Counted from the first letter of the stretch, positions 9,502-18,710 are shown. The stretch is 64,000 nt of DNA from a bacterium (GCA_947465765.1 CANIAP010000005.1:11860-75859), one strand, 5' to 3'. Notes: generated by a model from the sequence alone, not told the origin. Translations and numbers: made by a program.

Positions 9502-11619
9502 TTATACCTCTGAGACTGACCCTTGGTCTTGGGGTGGGCTAGTTTGCTGCGGTTGTGGTTGACCGTTTGCTAATAGTTTTTTCTTCTTTTTCCGACGTTT
9601 CCGTTTTCTCGATCCAATACCTCGGGTATCTTCCGACCTCCGAATATCGAGTACATTCAATCTCAATATGTCTTTGGCGTATCGTCCACGGCCTTTTTTA
9701 ACCTGTTCAATAAAGAAGATAATATCAAACGTGCCAAGCGGGTTCGTGTTCACAATCTGTGAATACTTTTCCCAAAGGCCAAACCCTACTGAGTCCAGTC
9801 GGCGTTGATTTGGATTATTTTTCCGGTTTGAACCTTCGGAAACTGTAAACTCTACGTGGGGCGTGCGGGCTTCTTGATATTTGTTACCAAAGGCGCGGCC
9901 TCGGCTAAGTGAACATCCTTTGAGATAAAAAATGGGGTAGTCAAACGCCTGGCCATAAGGGGCTAAGAGATCTAGTTTTTTGACGATCTCGAAGTTGATC
10001 TGATTAAACCGAATGGTATCTAAAATTTCGTATGAATATTCAAACTGCTCCATTGTGAGCTTTTCCATCTCTTGGCGAACTGCATCCAAGAAGAAAGGGA
10101 CGTTTGTTTTGTGAAGGGTGAACCCGCACGCCTGGGCGTGTCCACCAAACGCGTTGATGATTCTTGTGCCAAATTGAGTATTTACTTCAGTCTGGAATAG
10201 TTGATGCCCGTTGCTGGCTTCAAAGGCTTCCCCTACCGCATCAATAATGCGGTACATGTTAATGGTCGGAATGCTCCGAACGGATCCACGGACAAACTCA
10301 CTGCTATCATAATCCGTCAAAATCATTGCGGGGCGCAAAAACCGATCTTTAAGCCGATCTGTGTCAATTCCGATGACCCCAGGATTCCAGTTCTTTCCTC
10401 GAACAATCACAATCTTGTCTTTTTGGGGATCAACCTGATCGTCGATTAGTTGATCAATTTCGTCTTCAATTTTGCTGGTAATAAACTTCCGTTTTTCATT
10501 GACTTCGTCGACCACAGCCGCTTCACCCAGTGCATCCCCAGTCACCTGGGTTCGGCTCTTTTTTTCAAGCTCAACCACACTGGTAAATTGCTCGAGAACC
10601 TTCAACGCTTTTTCTGCATTGGGTTGGCCCGTTCCGATTAGGAGTAGGTCAAGTACGATTCGGGAGTCAGGAATTCCCTCGTCTCGGTCGCCGATTCGGC
10701 CTGGGGCATTCAGTCGAGGGACGATGGTTCGGCCGATTTCTCGGGATTTCAGTTCCTTGTAGTTACTTCTACTAATTTCTTTGAGGGCGCGAAGGCCTTC
10801 CATTTCCGTCCGGTTGATGGCGTCTACTCCGCCGTTGACCATTACCCGGTTCATAGGATTCAAGAATGACATCCGGTCAGAGATTGTCCCGAGGGCAACC
10901 AATGCCAATAAATAATCCATGAATTCAGGTGTGAGCGGTTTGCCTAATTTTTCAAATACGGATAGGACGAGTTTGAATGCAACTCCGGCACCCGATAATC
11001 CTTTGGAGAATGAGGGTTCCGCGTATTTGTGGGGGTTTACCAATGCGAGTGCTTTGGGTAGATTTTTTCCAAGTACATGGTGGTCGCAAATAATGACGTC
11101 CAGTCCCAATGCATTGGCATAATCCGTTGCCTCTACGTCTTTTGATCCGCAATCGGATGTCACAATTAGCGTACAGCCGAGTTTTTTGCTTTCATCAATT
11201 ATTCGAGGCTGAAGTCCGTGGCCTTCTTTTGCTCGGGTAGGGAAATCATAATAGGCTTCGCCACCGAGTTCCCGAATCGATGAAACCAAAATGGTTCCGC
11301 CGGAAATTCCATCTGCATCAGGGTCACCGTTGATCATGATCCGTTCGCCATTTTGGATGGCGCTGGCGATTCTGTTTGTGGCGGCAATTAAATCTTCAGA
11401 TGCAGTACACGTTGAGTAATCTGTAATTAACGAGGCCGGTGGATTAATAAACTTCCATATTTCTTCGTCGATGCCATCTCCGATATTTCGGACCAATAGC
11501 AATCGCGCAAGTAATGGATCAATTTTGAATTTTTCAGCATATTCCTGAACTTGGGTCTGATCGACCTCGGTGATATGCCATCTTTCGCGATGTAAACTTT
11601 CTGTAACCTGATTTTGCAT
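9502..11619 (-). CDS. recJ: Single-stranded-DNA-specific exonuclease RecJ with a basic and PQ-rich C-terminal tail
   Basis: DHH-family motifs (INGDPDADGISG, TSDCG, ICDHH) and DHHA1 (GGHAQACG). AAGGA lies 9 nt upstream of the ATG. The 705 aa include a ~46-aa low-complexity tail. Confidence 0.92.
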   Translation of the reverse strand: MQNQVTESLHRERWHITEVDQTQVQEYAEKFKIDPLLARLLLVRNIGDGIDEEIWKFINPPASLITDYSTCTASEDLIAATNRIASAIQNGERIMINGDPDADGISGGTILVSSIRELGGEAYYDFPTRAKEGHGLQPRIIDESKKLGCTLIVTSDCGSKDVEATDYANALGLDVIICDHHVLGKNLPKALALVNPHKYAEPSFSKGLSGAGVAFKLVLSVFEKLGKPLTPEFMDYLLALVALGTISDRMSFLNPMNRVMVNGGVDAINRTEMEGLRALKEISRSNYKELKSREIGRTIVPRLNAPGRIGDRDEGIPDSRIVLDLLLIGTGQPNAEKALKVLEQFTSVVELEKKSRTQVTGDALGEAAVVDEVNEKRKFITSKIEDEIDQLIDDQVDPQKDKIVIVRGKNWNPGVIGIDTDRLKDRFLRPAMILTDYDSSEFVRGSVRSIPTINMYRIIDAVGEAFEASNGHQLFQTEVNTQFGTRIINAFGGHAQACGFTLHKTNVPFFLDAVRQEMEKLTMEQFEYSYEILDTIRFNQINFEIVKKLDLLAPYGQAFDYPIFYLKGCSLSRGRAFGNKYQEARTPHVEFTVSEGSNRKNNPNQRRLDSVGFGLWEKYSQIVNTNPLGTFDIIFFIEQVKKGRGRYAKDILRLNVLDIRRSEDTRGIGSRKRKRRKKKKKLLANGQPQPQQTSPPQDQGSVSEV

Positions 11620-11656
11620 GATACGTAATCCTTAAAAAATGAGTTATTTATCGGGT

Positions 11657-11702
11657 AGTCAAAAACTAAAACCGCTTTTTCGTATGTGCAAACGAAAACA
11701 CG
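11657..11702 (-). terminator. Candidate terminator downstream of pepN
   Basis: Hairpin from 11673-11683 (cgctttttcgt) to 11692-11702 (acgaaaacacg), with 10 of 11 positions paired (one a G-U wobble) and one mismatch. On the minus strand it is followed by GTTTTAGTTTTTG. Confidence 0.4.
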
Positions 11703-11814
11703 TTCGGAAAAAACCGAATGCTGATGTCAGTTCTAACTGTAGCCCTTTATCCAATACAACGGAACAATTGGCTTGTTGCATCATCGCGCTTAAGGACGAG
11801 CGAAAGCCAATAAA

Positions 11815-14433
11815 TTACTGGGTCAAATTGTAGCTACCTTTGATCTTGCTGACAACTTCATATAGATTTTTTGATATTCCTGGCTGGATCAGAATCGATG
11901 CGAGGATCTGATCAATTGTGACCCGACGGTGGAGGTCACACCGGGCTGTTCGTTGAAATGCCAGTGCAACACGCGCGGCCATTTGTGGATTGTACGGGTC
12001 TAATTCGATCAGTTGTTGGGCTACATATTGATACCCGGTGCCGTCTTTTCGATGAAAGTGGGGGAGATTGTTTGAGAAGGTGCCAACAAGGGCTCGGAAT
12101 TGGTTCGGGACGAGGCGGTTATAAATAGGATGATTCATGAGACGGACAACGGTGCCTAATGTCCCCGGTTGGCTACGTGCTGCTTGGGCGGCTAACCATT
12201 TGTTGATGACCAGAGGTTCAGATTTCCAGTCGTCGAAGAACTGGTTTACGCATGTTTCTCGAAGATCATCGTTGGTGGGGGAGTTGATTGCCGCTACCAA
12301 TCCAGCGAAGAGGTCAGTCATATTGGTAGCGGTATTGAATTGGGATTCTGCCATGTGTGCTCCTTCGGGGCTTTCGGAGACCAATGATAGAAGGGTGTTT
12401 TTTAGGCGTCGGCGAGCAATTTGTGACGGGGTTGGTGCATAGTCAGAATCGTCACGTAATGCGTGGTATCGATCCCGAATTTCGGGAAGAAATTGATCCG
12501 AAATAAGGGCTGTAAAGGCTTTTTGTGCGCTGACTATCGATTCGATTGGAAATTCATCCACCTGGTCAAGTAAGTGGTTGATACTTGGAATTTGTAGGCA
12601 TGAGGCGGCCACAGCAGGATCGAGTCGAGTGTCCGTAATTACTCTTCGAATGGACTCGCCCATTTCCGCAGAAATTGTCATCGATTCCGGAGAATTATAA
12701 TGACGGAGAATCGTACCTTCGAAGAGCTTTTGAGCCGCATCACATTTGTTTATTGGATCCGAGTCATGTCCCAGAAGCGTAATGAATTGACTTTCGGAAT
12801 AGGGGTACGAAATGCGAACTGGAGCGCTAAAATTTCGAAGTAAAGACGGGGTTGGTGACGATTCTTGAGACTGGATCGATACCCGGTGGGTTGAATCAGT
12901 CAGAATAACGGTGGCCTCATTCTGTAGCGGGCCTGAATTGATCGAAAATGAAATTGCCTGCCCGTCGGGTTGATAAAGCCCCATCTTAATAGGGATTACA
13001 AAGGGGGCGGGTTGAGATCCATCTGGTGCGGCCTGACATTTTTGATCAAATCGAAAATGGGTCAATTGGGTTCCCGAAAACTCAGGGGTTACCGTTACTT
13101 CTGGAGTTCCTGACTGATGATACCATCGTCGAAATAATGTGAGGTCAATCCCGGCAGCGTCTTCGATGGCACGGATGAAGTTTTCGGTTGTGACCGACTG
13201 TCCATCATGGCGCTCAAAATACAAATCGGTTCCTTCCCTGAATCCTGTATTACCGGCCAATAGCGCCATCATTCGAATGACTTCTGCGCCTTTATTATAA
13301 ACCGTAGATGTGTAGAAATTATTTATTTCTAGATAGGTTTTGGGTTGAATTGGATGGGACATGGGTCCGGCGTCTTCAGTAAATTGGGATTCTTTCATTA
13401 TCCTGACGTCTGAAATTCGCTTTACCCCTCGAGAATTTGTGTCTGCTGAAAATTCTTGATCTCGGTAGACTGTGAGCCCTTCTTTGAGTGTTAGCTGGAA
13501 CCAGTCTCGGCAGGTGACCCGATTACCGGTCCAATTATGGAAATATTCGTGGGCAACGACGCCTTCAATATTCATATAGTCTGTATCGGTTGCGGTGCGA
13601 GGGTCGGCCAAGATGTAGGCCGAGTTAAATATGTTGAGGCCTTTATTTTCCATTGCGCCCATATTGAACGAGTCGATGGCGACAATCATAAATCGGTCCA
13701 AATCATATTCTCGCCCATAGTGGACTTCATCCCAGGCCATCGCCCGTTGAAGTGCCCCCATCGCATAGGTGCATCGGTTGCTGTATCCGAGTTCGGAATA
13801 GATTTCTAAAAGGATGGATCGTCCCGACGACGTAACAAAGTGATCCTGAATCACATCGAATTTTCCGGCGACGACCGCGTATAAATAGGATGGTTTTGGA
13901 TACGGATCAGTCCAAGTGACCTGGAGGTGGCCGTCGGGCTGGCGAATGGATTCTGAAAGGTTTCCGTTGGACAATAGAATAGGGTAGTCGGATTCTGGGG
14001 CAATAAGCGTGGTTGTGAATACGGTTAAATTATCGGGACGATCCAAAAAATAGGTGATTTTTCGAAACCCTTCGGGCTCGTTTTGGGTGCAAAATGTGCC
14101 GTTAACCCAGTAGAGACCATCAAGTTCGGTATTCAATTGGGGGGCGATCGCTGTGGTTATTTTGATTGTTTGGACGGAATTGAAACTTGGGATAACCAGA
14201 GTGTCACCGTCGGGTGTGATGTCGCTCAATTTCCCGTCGATATGGATGGAGAGTAATTCCAGATTCTCGCCGGTGAGGTGAAGTGCGTCGCCATTCCACG
14301 ACGGGCTTGGACGGACCACGAGAGATGATTCAACACGGGTTAGATTTGGGGCTAGCCAAAATGTGAGATGAGCGGTGGAAATGAGGTAGGGGAGTGGTAC
14401 ATAGTTTTCAAGACGAACGGGGGTCAGATTCAT
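11815..14433 (-). CDS. pepN: Aminopeptidase N (M1 family)
   Basis: GAMEN exopeptidase motif and the zinc site HEYFHNWTGNRVT...E. I place the start at the ATG at 14433 (MNLTPVRLENY..., GGAG 6 nt upstream) rather than the track start at 14478. Confidence 0.93.
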   Translation of the reverse strand: MNLTPVRLENYVPLPYLISTAHLTFWLAPNLTRVESSLVVRPSPSWNGDALHLTGENLELLSIHIDGKLSDITPDGDTLVIPSFNSVQTIKITTAIAPQLNTELDGLYWVNGTFCTQNEPEGFRKITYFLDRPDNLTVFTTTLIAPESDYPILLSNGNLSESIRQPDGHLQVTWTDPYPKPSYLYAVVAGKFDVIQDHFVTSSGRSILLEIYSELGYSNRCTYAMGALQRAMAWDEVHYGREYDLDRFMIVAIDSFNMGAMENKGLNIFNSAYILADPRTATDTDYMNIEGVVAHEYFHNWTGNRVTCRDWFQLTLKEGLTVYRDQEFSADTNSRGVKRISDVRIMKESQFTEDAGPMSHPIQPKTYLEINNFYTSTVYNKGAEVIRMMALLAGNTGFREGTDLYFERHDGQSVTTENFIRAIEDAAGIDLTLFRRWYHQSGTPEVTVTPEFSGTQLTHFRFDQKCQAAPDGSQPAPFVIPIKMGLYQPDGQAISFSINSGPLQNEATVILTDSTHRVSIQSQESSPTPSLLRNFSAPVRISYPYSESQFITLLGHDSDPINKCDAAQKLFEGTILRHYNSPESMTISAEMGESIRRVITDTRLDPAVAASCLQIPSINHLLDQVDEFPIESIVSAQKAFTALISDQFLPEIRDRYHALRDDSDYAPTPSQIARRRLKNTLLSLVSESPEGAHMAESQFNTATNMTDLFAGLVAAINSPTNDDLRETCVNQFFDDWKSEPLVINKWLAAQAARSQPGTLGTVVRLMNHPIYNRLVPNQFRALVGTFSNNLPHFHRKDGTGYQYVAQQLIELDPYNPQMAARVALAFQRTARCDLHRRVTIDQILASILIQPGISKNLYEVVSKIKGSYNLTQ

Positions 14434-14616
14434 TGGGCACTCCAGATTGACGATTTTTAAAATGCTTCGCCAAATCACCCATTTTTAGATACATCAACGC
14501 AAATGCAATGAGTTGAAATGTAAAAAATACAGCGGAGCTGACAATTAGTAATTTAGCGGATTTCATGGGATCTGTTGGATCGTACAAAATGTGGCGTAAG
14601 TAAGCAAGAAAAGAAA

Positions 14617-14728
14617 GGTGCTACAGAGTGATTTTGGACCTATGTTCCCGGAGAAGCACAGGATTCAAAACCACTCTGATTTAGCATCAAATTCGATCGC
14701 CCTAACCGCTTCCCTACAGATCGAATTT
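14617..14728. other. Compound hairpin element: a ~72-nt extended hairpin followed by a 10-bp-stem hairpin. Either an unassigned structured RNA or an elaborate terminator.
   Basis: 14617-14688: GGTGCTA/CAGAGTGATTTTGGA/CCT pairs with AGG/ATTCAAAACCACTCTG/TTAGCATC, about 28 bp in all. 14689-14698 AAATTCGATC pairs perfectly with 14719-14728 GATCGAATTT. A T-rich tract follows on the minus strand. Confidence 0.4.
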
Positions 14729-14803
14729 CTCGGAGTTCCCCCACCCCTTGCCTTAATAGTATTCCGCTAATTGAGACTTTCGAAACCTAAATCTTTCAGC
14801 AGT

Positions 14804-16945
14804 CTATTCTGATGCAGTAACTGCAAGTTTTCGAATGGGTGCGTACTTTGCCATTAGCTTTTTTTCCATCCCGCTAAACAAAATGTTAAGGACTGCGTTT
14901 TCACCGTTTCCATCTACATTGAGTACTTGGCCCTTGCCCCATTGGGGATGAGAGACCCAATCTCCCAATAGATAATCAACGGAGGGGACTGTGACGCGCG
15001 GCGCGCTGGAGGGGACGTGAAAAGTCGGCGCTACGGAGGCCGGTCCGAAGGATTTTGCCCCAGAATGTTGAATTAAATGGGTCGGTAATTCTTTTAAAAA
15101 TCGAGACGGGGCGCATTTGCGCAAATCTCCTTGAAATAACCGACTGTGTGCGCCGGTAAGAATAACCCGTTCTTTGCCTCGCGTAATAGCGACGTAACAC
15201 AGGCGCCGTTCTTCTTCGATCTCTTCGTCGGTTTGTGATCTGAAGTGAGGCATCAGACCTTCTTCCATTCCAGCTATAAACACAGTTCGGAATTCTAGCC
15301 CTTTAGAATGGTGGATAGTCATAAGTGTGACGGCTTCAGCGGATTCTTCTTTTTGGTCCCAGTCAGAGGCTAAACTCAGACGTGTCAAAAATTCTCCAAG
15401 TTCCAATTCTTCTTCATGCGCAAGATTAACCAGTTCCATGACGGTTTCTAACCGATCTGCCCCATTGGGGACAGCACCGCTCAAAAGATGGGTTTGATAT
15501 CCCGATTGATTTAGAATCTCTCTGATTAGTGTTCCGATTTTGTCGTTGGGAGCGACTTGGTAAATTACAGAAAGACGATCGATTAGCGCAAAAAATTCTT
15601 GCACAATGGCTGTCTGTCGGGTTCCGATAGTCAATAGTGCATTTTGTACCAACGAATAAATGGATTGTCCTTCACTGGTTGATTGGGCCGCAAGGCGGTC
15701 AAGACTGGTATCTCCCACTCCACGAGACGGGGCAGAAATGGCCCGAGCAAATGCGGCATTGTCATGGGGGTTGAATACCAATCGAAGATACGACGCAATG
15801 TCCCGAATTTCTGCGCGTTGGAAAAACTTAAATCCACCGATTACTCGATACGGTATTTCGAGTTGAGCGAGTACTTCTTCGATCACTCGACTTTGTGAGT
15901 TAGTCCGGTAGAGGACCGCCATTCCGCTAAACGGGGTCCCGACATGGGATCGCTTGATCATCTCCCTGCCGATGAAAAAGGCTTCATCGCGTTCGGTTGA
16001 GCCACAATAGTAGGTCAATAATTCCCCATCATCGTTGCGGGTCCAAAGGGACTTCTCGAGACGTTGGGTGTTGTTGGTAATTAAGGCATTCGCTGCCCTT
16101 AAAATGTTTCCAGTAGATCTAAAATTTTCTTCCAGTTTAATCACTGTTGCATCCGGATAGTTTTCTTCAAATTGAAGGATATTTTGGACGGTTGCCCCAC
16201 GCCATGAGTAGATGGTTTGGTCGAAGTCCCCGACGACTGTAATGTTGCGATATTTTTTGGTGATGAGTTGAATAAGCACCAATTGGGCATAGTTGGTATC
16301 TTGGTATTCGTCGACCAATACAACGGGATAGCGGTCTTGATATTTTTCGAGTATTTCGGGGAATTGGTGCCACAGTTGAACAGTTAAAAAAAGCAAGTCG
16401 TTGAAGTCGACTGCATTTTGATTTTCCAGATGCTCTTGATAAGCACCGTATAAGCCGGAAATAATTGGGTCCCGTTGGGAATCGCGATTATATCCGGATG
16501 CGGTCGTCAACGATGTTTTAATCCGGTCGAACATCGATAAAACCAGATTGGGGGGGTATTTTTTATCATCCACATTTTGCAGAGTTAATAGTTGCTTTAC
16601 GACCCGTACTTGATCGGAATGATCCAAAATGACAAATGTACTTTCCCTGCCTAAATGTTGAATTTCACGACGCAAGACATCGTTGCAAAAGGAATGGAAT
16701 GTCCCGAGGAACGGTGGATTTGTCATCTCTGGCATTAATGCCGAGACTCGATCTTTCATCTCCCGAGCGGCCTTGTTGGTAAATGTAATGGCCAAAATAT
16801 GCTGAGGATAGACACCTAATTCTTGGACCATATATCGAATTTTGTGGGTAAGAACCATTGTCTTGCCCGCGCCCGCGCCCGCTATTATTAATAGTGGCGT
16901 CCCGAAGTGATGTACGGCGTCGCGTTGGTGGTCGTTGAGTGTCAT
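14804..16945 (-). CDS. pcrA: ATP-dependent DNA helicase PcrA/UvrD (SF1)
   Basis: Walker A AGAGAGKT, DEYQDTN, and helicase motifs through VAITRGKERV. The C-terminal domain is Tudor-like (GDWVSHPQWGKGQVL). Confidence 0.93.
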   Translation of the reverse strand: MTLNDHQRDAVHHFGTPLLIIAGAGAGKTMVLTHKIRYMVQELGVYPQHILAITFTNKAAREMKDRVSALMPEMTNPPFLGTFHSFCNDVLRREIQHLGRESTFVILDHSDQVRVVKQLLTLQNVDDKKYPPNLVLSMFDRIKTSLTTASGYNRDSQRDPIISGLYGAYQEHLENQNAVDFNDLLFLTVQLWHQFPEILEKYQDRYPVVLVDEYQDTNYAQLVLIQLITKKYRNITVVGDFDQTIYSWRGATVQNILQFEENYPDATVIKLEENFRSTGNILRAANALITNNTQRLEKSLWTRNDDGELLTYYCGSTERDEAFFIGREMIKRSHVGTPFSGMAVLYRTNSQSRVIEEVLAQLEIPYRVIGGFKFFQRAEIRDIASYLRLVFNPHDNAAFARAISAPSRGVGDTSLDRLAAQSTSEGQSIYSLVQNALLTIGTRQTAIVQEFFALIDRLSVIYQVAPNDKIGTLIREILNQSGYQTHLLSGAVPNGADRLETVMELVNLAHEEELELGEFLTRLSLASDWDQKEESAEAVTLMTIHHSKGLEFRTVFIAGMEEGLMPHFRSQTDEEIEEERRLCYVAITRGKERVILTGAHSRLFQGDLRKCAPSRFLKELPTHLIQHSGAKSFGPASVAPTFHVPSSAPRVTVPSVDYLLGDWVSHPQWGKGQVLNVDGNGENAVLNILFSGMEKKLMAKYAPIRKLAVTASE

Positions 16946-17048
16946 AGGGGGTAATAATGTATCATAAAATCGATTCCGAACCTAACTGCCAGTTCATGCC
17001 CCCGATCGATTTTGGGCGTCAGCTGTAAAAACTCAATCGTGACACAGC

Positions 17049-17077
17049 CCTAGCTTTCGGGTATTATCCCGACGTCC
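17049..17077 (+). promoter_or_regulatory. Candidate sigma70-type promoter for tRNA-Leu
   Basis: GTGACA (17049-17054), a 17-nt spacer, then TATTAT (17072-17077), about 27 nt upstream of the tRNA 5' end. Confidence 0.4.
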
Positions 17078-17103
17078 CCTAATTGATCCGAAATCACTCA
17101 TAA

Positions 17104-17190
17104 GCCGAAGTGGCGGAATTGGTAGACGCGCAGGTCTCAAAAACCTGTAAGGGCAACTTTGTGCCGGTTCGATTCCGGCCTTCGGCACCA
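17104..17190 (+). tRNA. tRNA-Leu (anticodon CAA), type II with long variable arm and encoded CCA
   Basis: Acceptor GCCGAAG/CTTCGGC, anticodon stem CAGGT/ACCTG with loop CTCAAAA, variable stem-loop, T-arm GCCGG-TTCGATT-CCGGC, discriminator A, then CCA. Confidence 0.95.
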
Positions 17191-17209
17191 TTTTCAGTAG
17201 ACCTGAAAA
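17191..17209. terminator. Small AU-rich hairpin directly after the tRNA
   Basis: TTTTCAG-tagac-CTGAAAA, a perfect 7-bp inverted repeat lying between the tRNA 3' end and the stop of the convergent gene at 17235. The stem is weak and no clear U-tract follows. Confidence 0.3.
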
Positions 17210-17234
17210 TGGATACATACTTTAAAACTTTGAC

Positions 17235-17993
17235 CTAAAATTCCGTCAGTGTTGACGGTATAACGGGGTCAATCAGTGAGTCGATTTTTGTCCCTTTTAG
17301 ATCCACCTTGGCCGAGGCCATTTGGTTGCTGTCGTTAAATGTTTTGAGTAGCGGTTGACTCCGACTCGTATTCCCATAGGCGGATACAGTTGACCAGAGT
17401 TCGTATTGCATTTCCCACGTGATTTTTATATCGGTGACGGTCGTGTTGGTGCGGGCGGCTGTCTTTGAGCCCGTCAATTTACATGATTTTGTCTTGATAA
17501 AGTCGACCAGCCCTGATATCAGTGTTTTATAGCTATCCGTTCGGGTGTCGAGGGTTTTCCAGGTTTGGACAAGGTCGGATACCGCGGGTTTGTAGCCGTA
17601 ATTTTCGAGAAGCTGGAATGTCCCAAACGTTGCGTATTGGAGGTCGATTTCCGCTTGAGCCGTTTCCGTGCCGGGCATTGTTGTATTGAGAACGTCCACG
17701 AGCCTTCTTGACAGAACAGCTAGCTTTTTAGATGCGTCTTTCAATTGGTCATCGGTTTGAGTTGCCCCTTTCATGAGGTCTTTGATCATTGATTTAAGTT
17801 CGTCGGGGAGGAAAGACATGCTGTCTATCTTGTCGAGTGAGGGGGTCTCTGGGGCTGTAGTTGCATTTACATCATCAATTTTTTGATCCAGGACAGAACT
17901 GAATGGGGCTAACGTCGTTGACGCAGTGTTTGCGGCCGCGGCCTTTTGTTTGAGTACAGATAGTTGCGGCATTAGGGAGCTAATATCAATCAT
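17235..17993 (-). CDS. Hypothetical protein (252 aa) with no recognisable domain
   Basis: Long ORF with protein-like composition and no signal peptide or TM segment. The N-terminal third is Ala/Thr/Ser-rich, followed by predicted helical segments. I recognise no family motif. Confidence 0.6.
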   Translation of the reverse strand: MIDISSLMPQLSVLKQKAAAANTASTTLAPFSSVLDQKIDDVNATTAPETPSLDKIDSMSFLPDELKSMIKDLMKGATQTDDQLKDASKKLAVLSRRLVDVLNTTMPGTETAQAEIDLQYATFGTFQLLENYGYKPAVSDLVQTWKTLDTRTDSYKTLISGLVDFIKTKSCKLTGSKTAARTNTTVTDIKITWEMQYELWSTVSAYGNTSRSQPLLKTFNDSNQMASAKVDLKGTKIDSLIDPVIPSTLTEF

Positions 17994-18204
17994 ATGGTTT
18001 AACCTCTACTATCAGTAATTGCGTTGGTTTTACCAACTCCATCTGATTCGGGGGATCGACTATTTTGGCCGGTAAGTTGCATCGAAAAATGGACATGTAT
18101 CAGCGGTCAGTCGGCTAATGCGCCCAAATATTGCTTCAGATTTCTGTTGCGTGGTAAGTTAACCAGGTCCCTTCGATTTTTAACATTGATTAAGGAGATA
18201 GATA

Positions 18205-18684
18205 ATGAAAAAAGTAGTACTAGCAGGTTTTTTGAGTTTAGGCCTCGCGGCTTCTGCATCAGCCTATGATGTACGGGTTTCAACCGCCCTGACTGGTTCA
18301 ACTGGCGCCACTGCCCCGTTTTTTGAAACGTATCATAATGTTGGATTAGGTGGATCTCAGTTGATTCTAGGCGCACAATTAGGTATTCCTGCGACTTTTG
18401 ACAAAGATCGTGGCGTTTCTTTTAAATGTAATATCGGGTTGACTGTTGATACGGACCTTCCAGTTCTTTCAAATTTTGAAATTACAACTGATTTTGGACA
18501 ATCGGAACTTGGCAATGTATTTGTTGGTCAGAATTTGATGATCCGTAAGAAATATTATGCCAAATTAAGCGACAAGGTTGAAATTGGTATTTCAGCAACA
18601 CTTTTGAGTGTCGACTTCCGTAATAAAAATGTTTCTATTTTGTCAACGGTAATTCCAGTTATCGCAATGACTGCTAAAATCTAG
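18205..18684 (+). CDS. Hypothetical secreted protein, possibly a small beta-barrel or beta-rich envelope protein
   Basis: AAGGAG SD 8 nt upstream. Sec-type signal peptide MKKVVLAGFLSLGLAASASA/YD. Alternating hydrophobic patterns are present (VEIGISATLLSVDF, VSILSTVIPVIAM). A strong terminator follows. Confidence 0.7.
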   Translation: MKKVVLAGFLSLGLAASASAYDVRVSTALTGSTGATAPFFETYHNVGLGGSQLILGAQLGIPATFDKDRGVSFKCNIGLTVDTDLPVLSNFEITTDFGQSELGNVFVGQNLMIRKKYYAKLSDKVEIGISATLLSVDFRNKNVSILSTVIPVIAMTAKI

Positions 18685-18710
18685 GTTTAACTTAACCATT
18701 ATTTTGGAAA

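Noticed and set aside
11639-11833. 64-aa plus-strand ORF in the recJ-pepN spacer.
   Set aside because: It covers the predicted pepN terminator hairpin and the recJ promoter and SD region. It is Lys/Ser/Cys-rich with no SD and runs into the pepN 3' end, so it is most likely non-coding.
14408-14566. 52-codon minus-strand ORF (MKSAKLLIVSSAVFFTFQLIAFALMYLK...) in the pcrA-pepN gap.
   Set aside because: It has no Shine-Dalgarno, it overlaps the pepN SD and start by 26 nt in another frame, and it is AT-rich with low complexity. That is not enough evidence to call a small membrane protein.
14617-14688. Possible identification of hairpin 1 as the 4.5S/SRP RNA gene (ffs).
   Set aside because: It has the rod-like shape and an AGCA-containing 3' internal loop. 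However, the highly conserved domain IV core (GGUCCGGAAGGAAGCAGC with a GNRA tetraloop) is not present, and the apex is a CCGGA pentaloop on a 3-bp stem. I therefore report it only as an unassigned structured element pending a covariance-model search.
17033-17218. 61-aa minus-strand ORF.
   Set aside because: It is the antisense of the tRNA-Leu(CAA) gene, whose cloverleaf is unambiguous. It is a spurious ORF.
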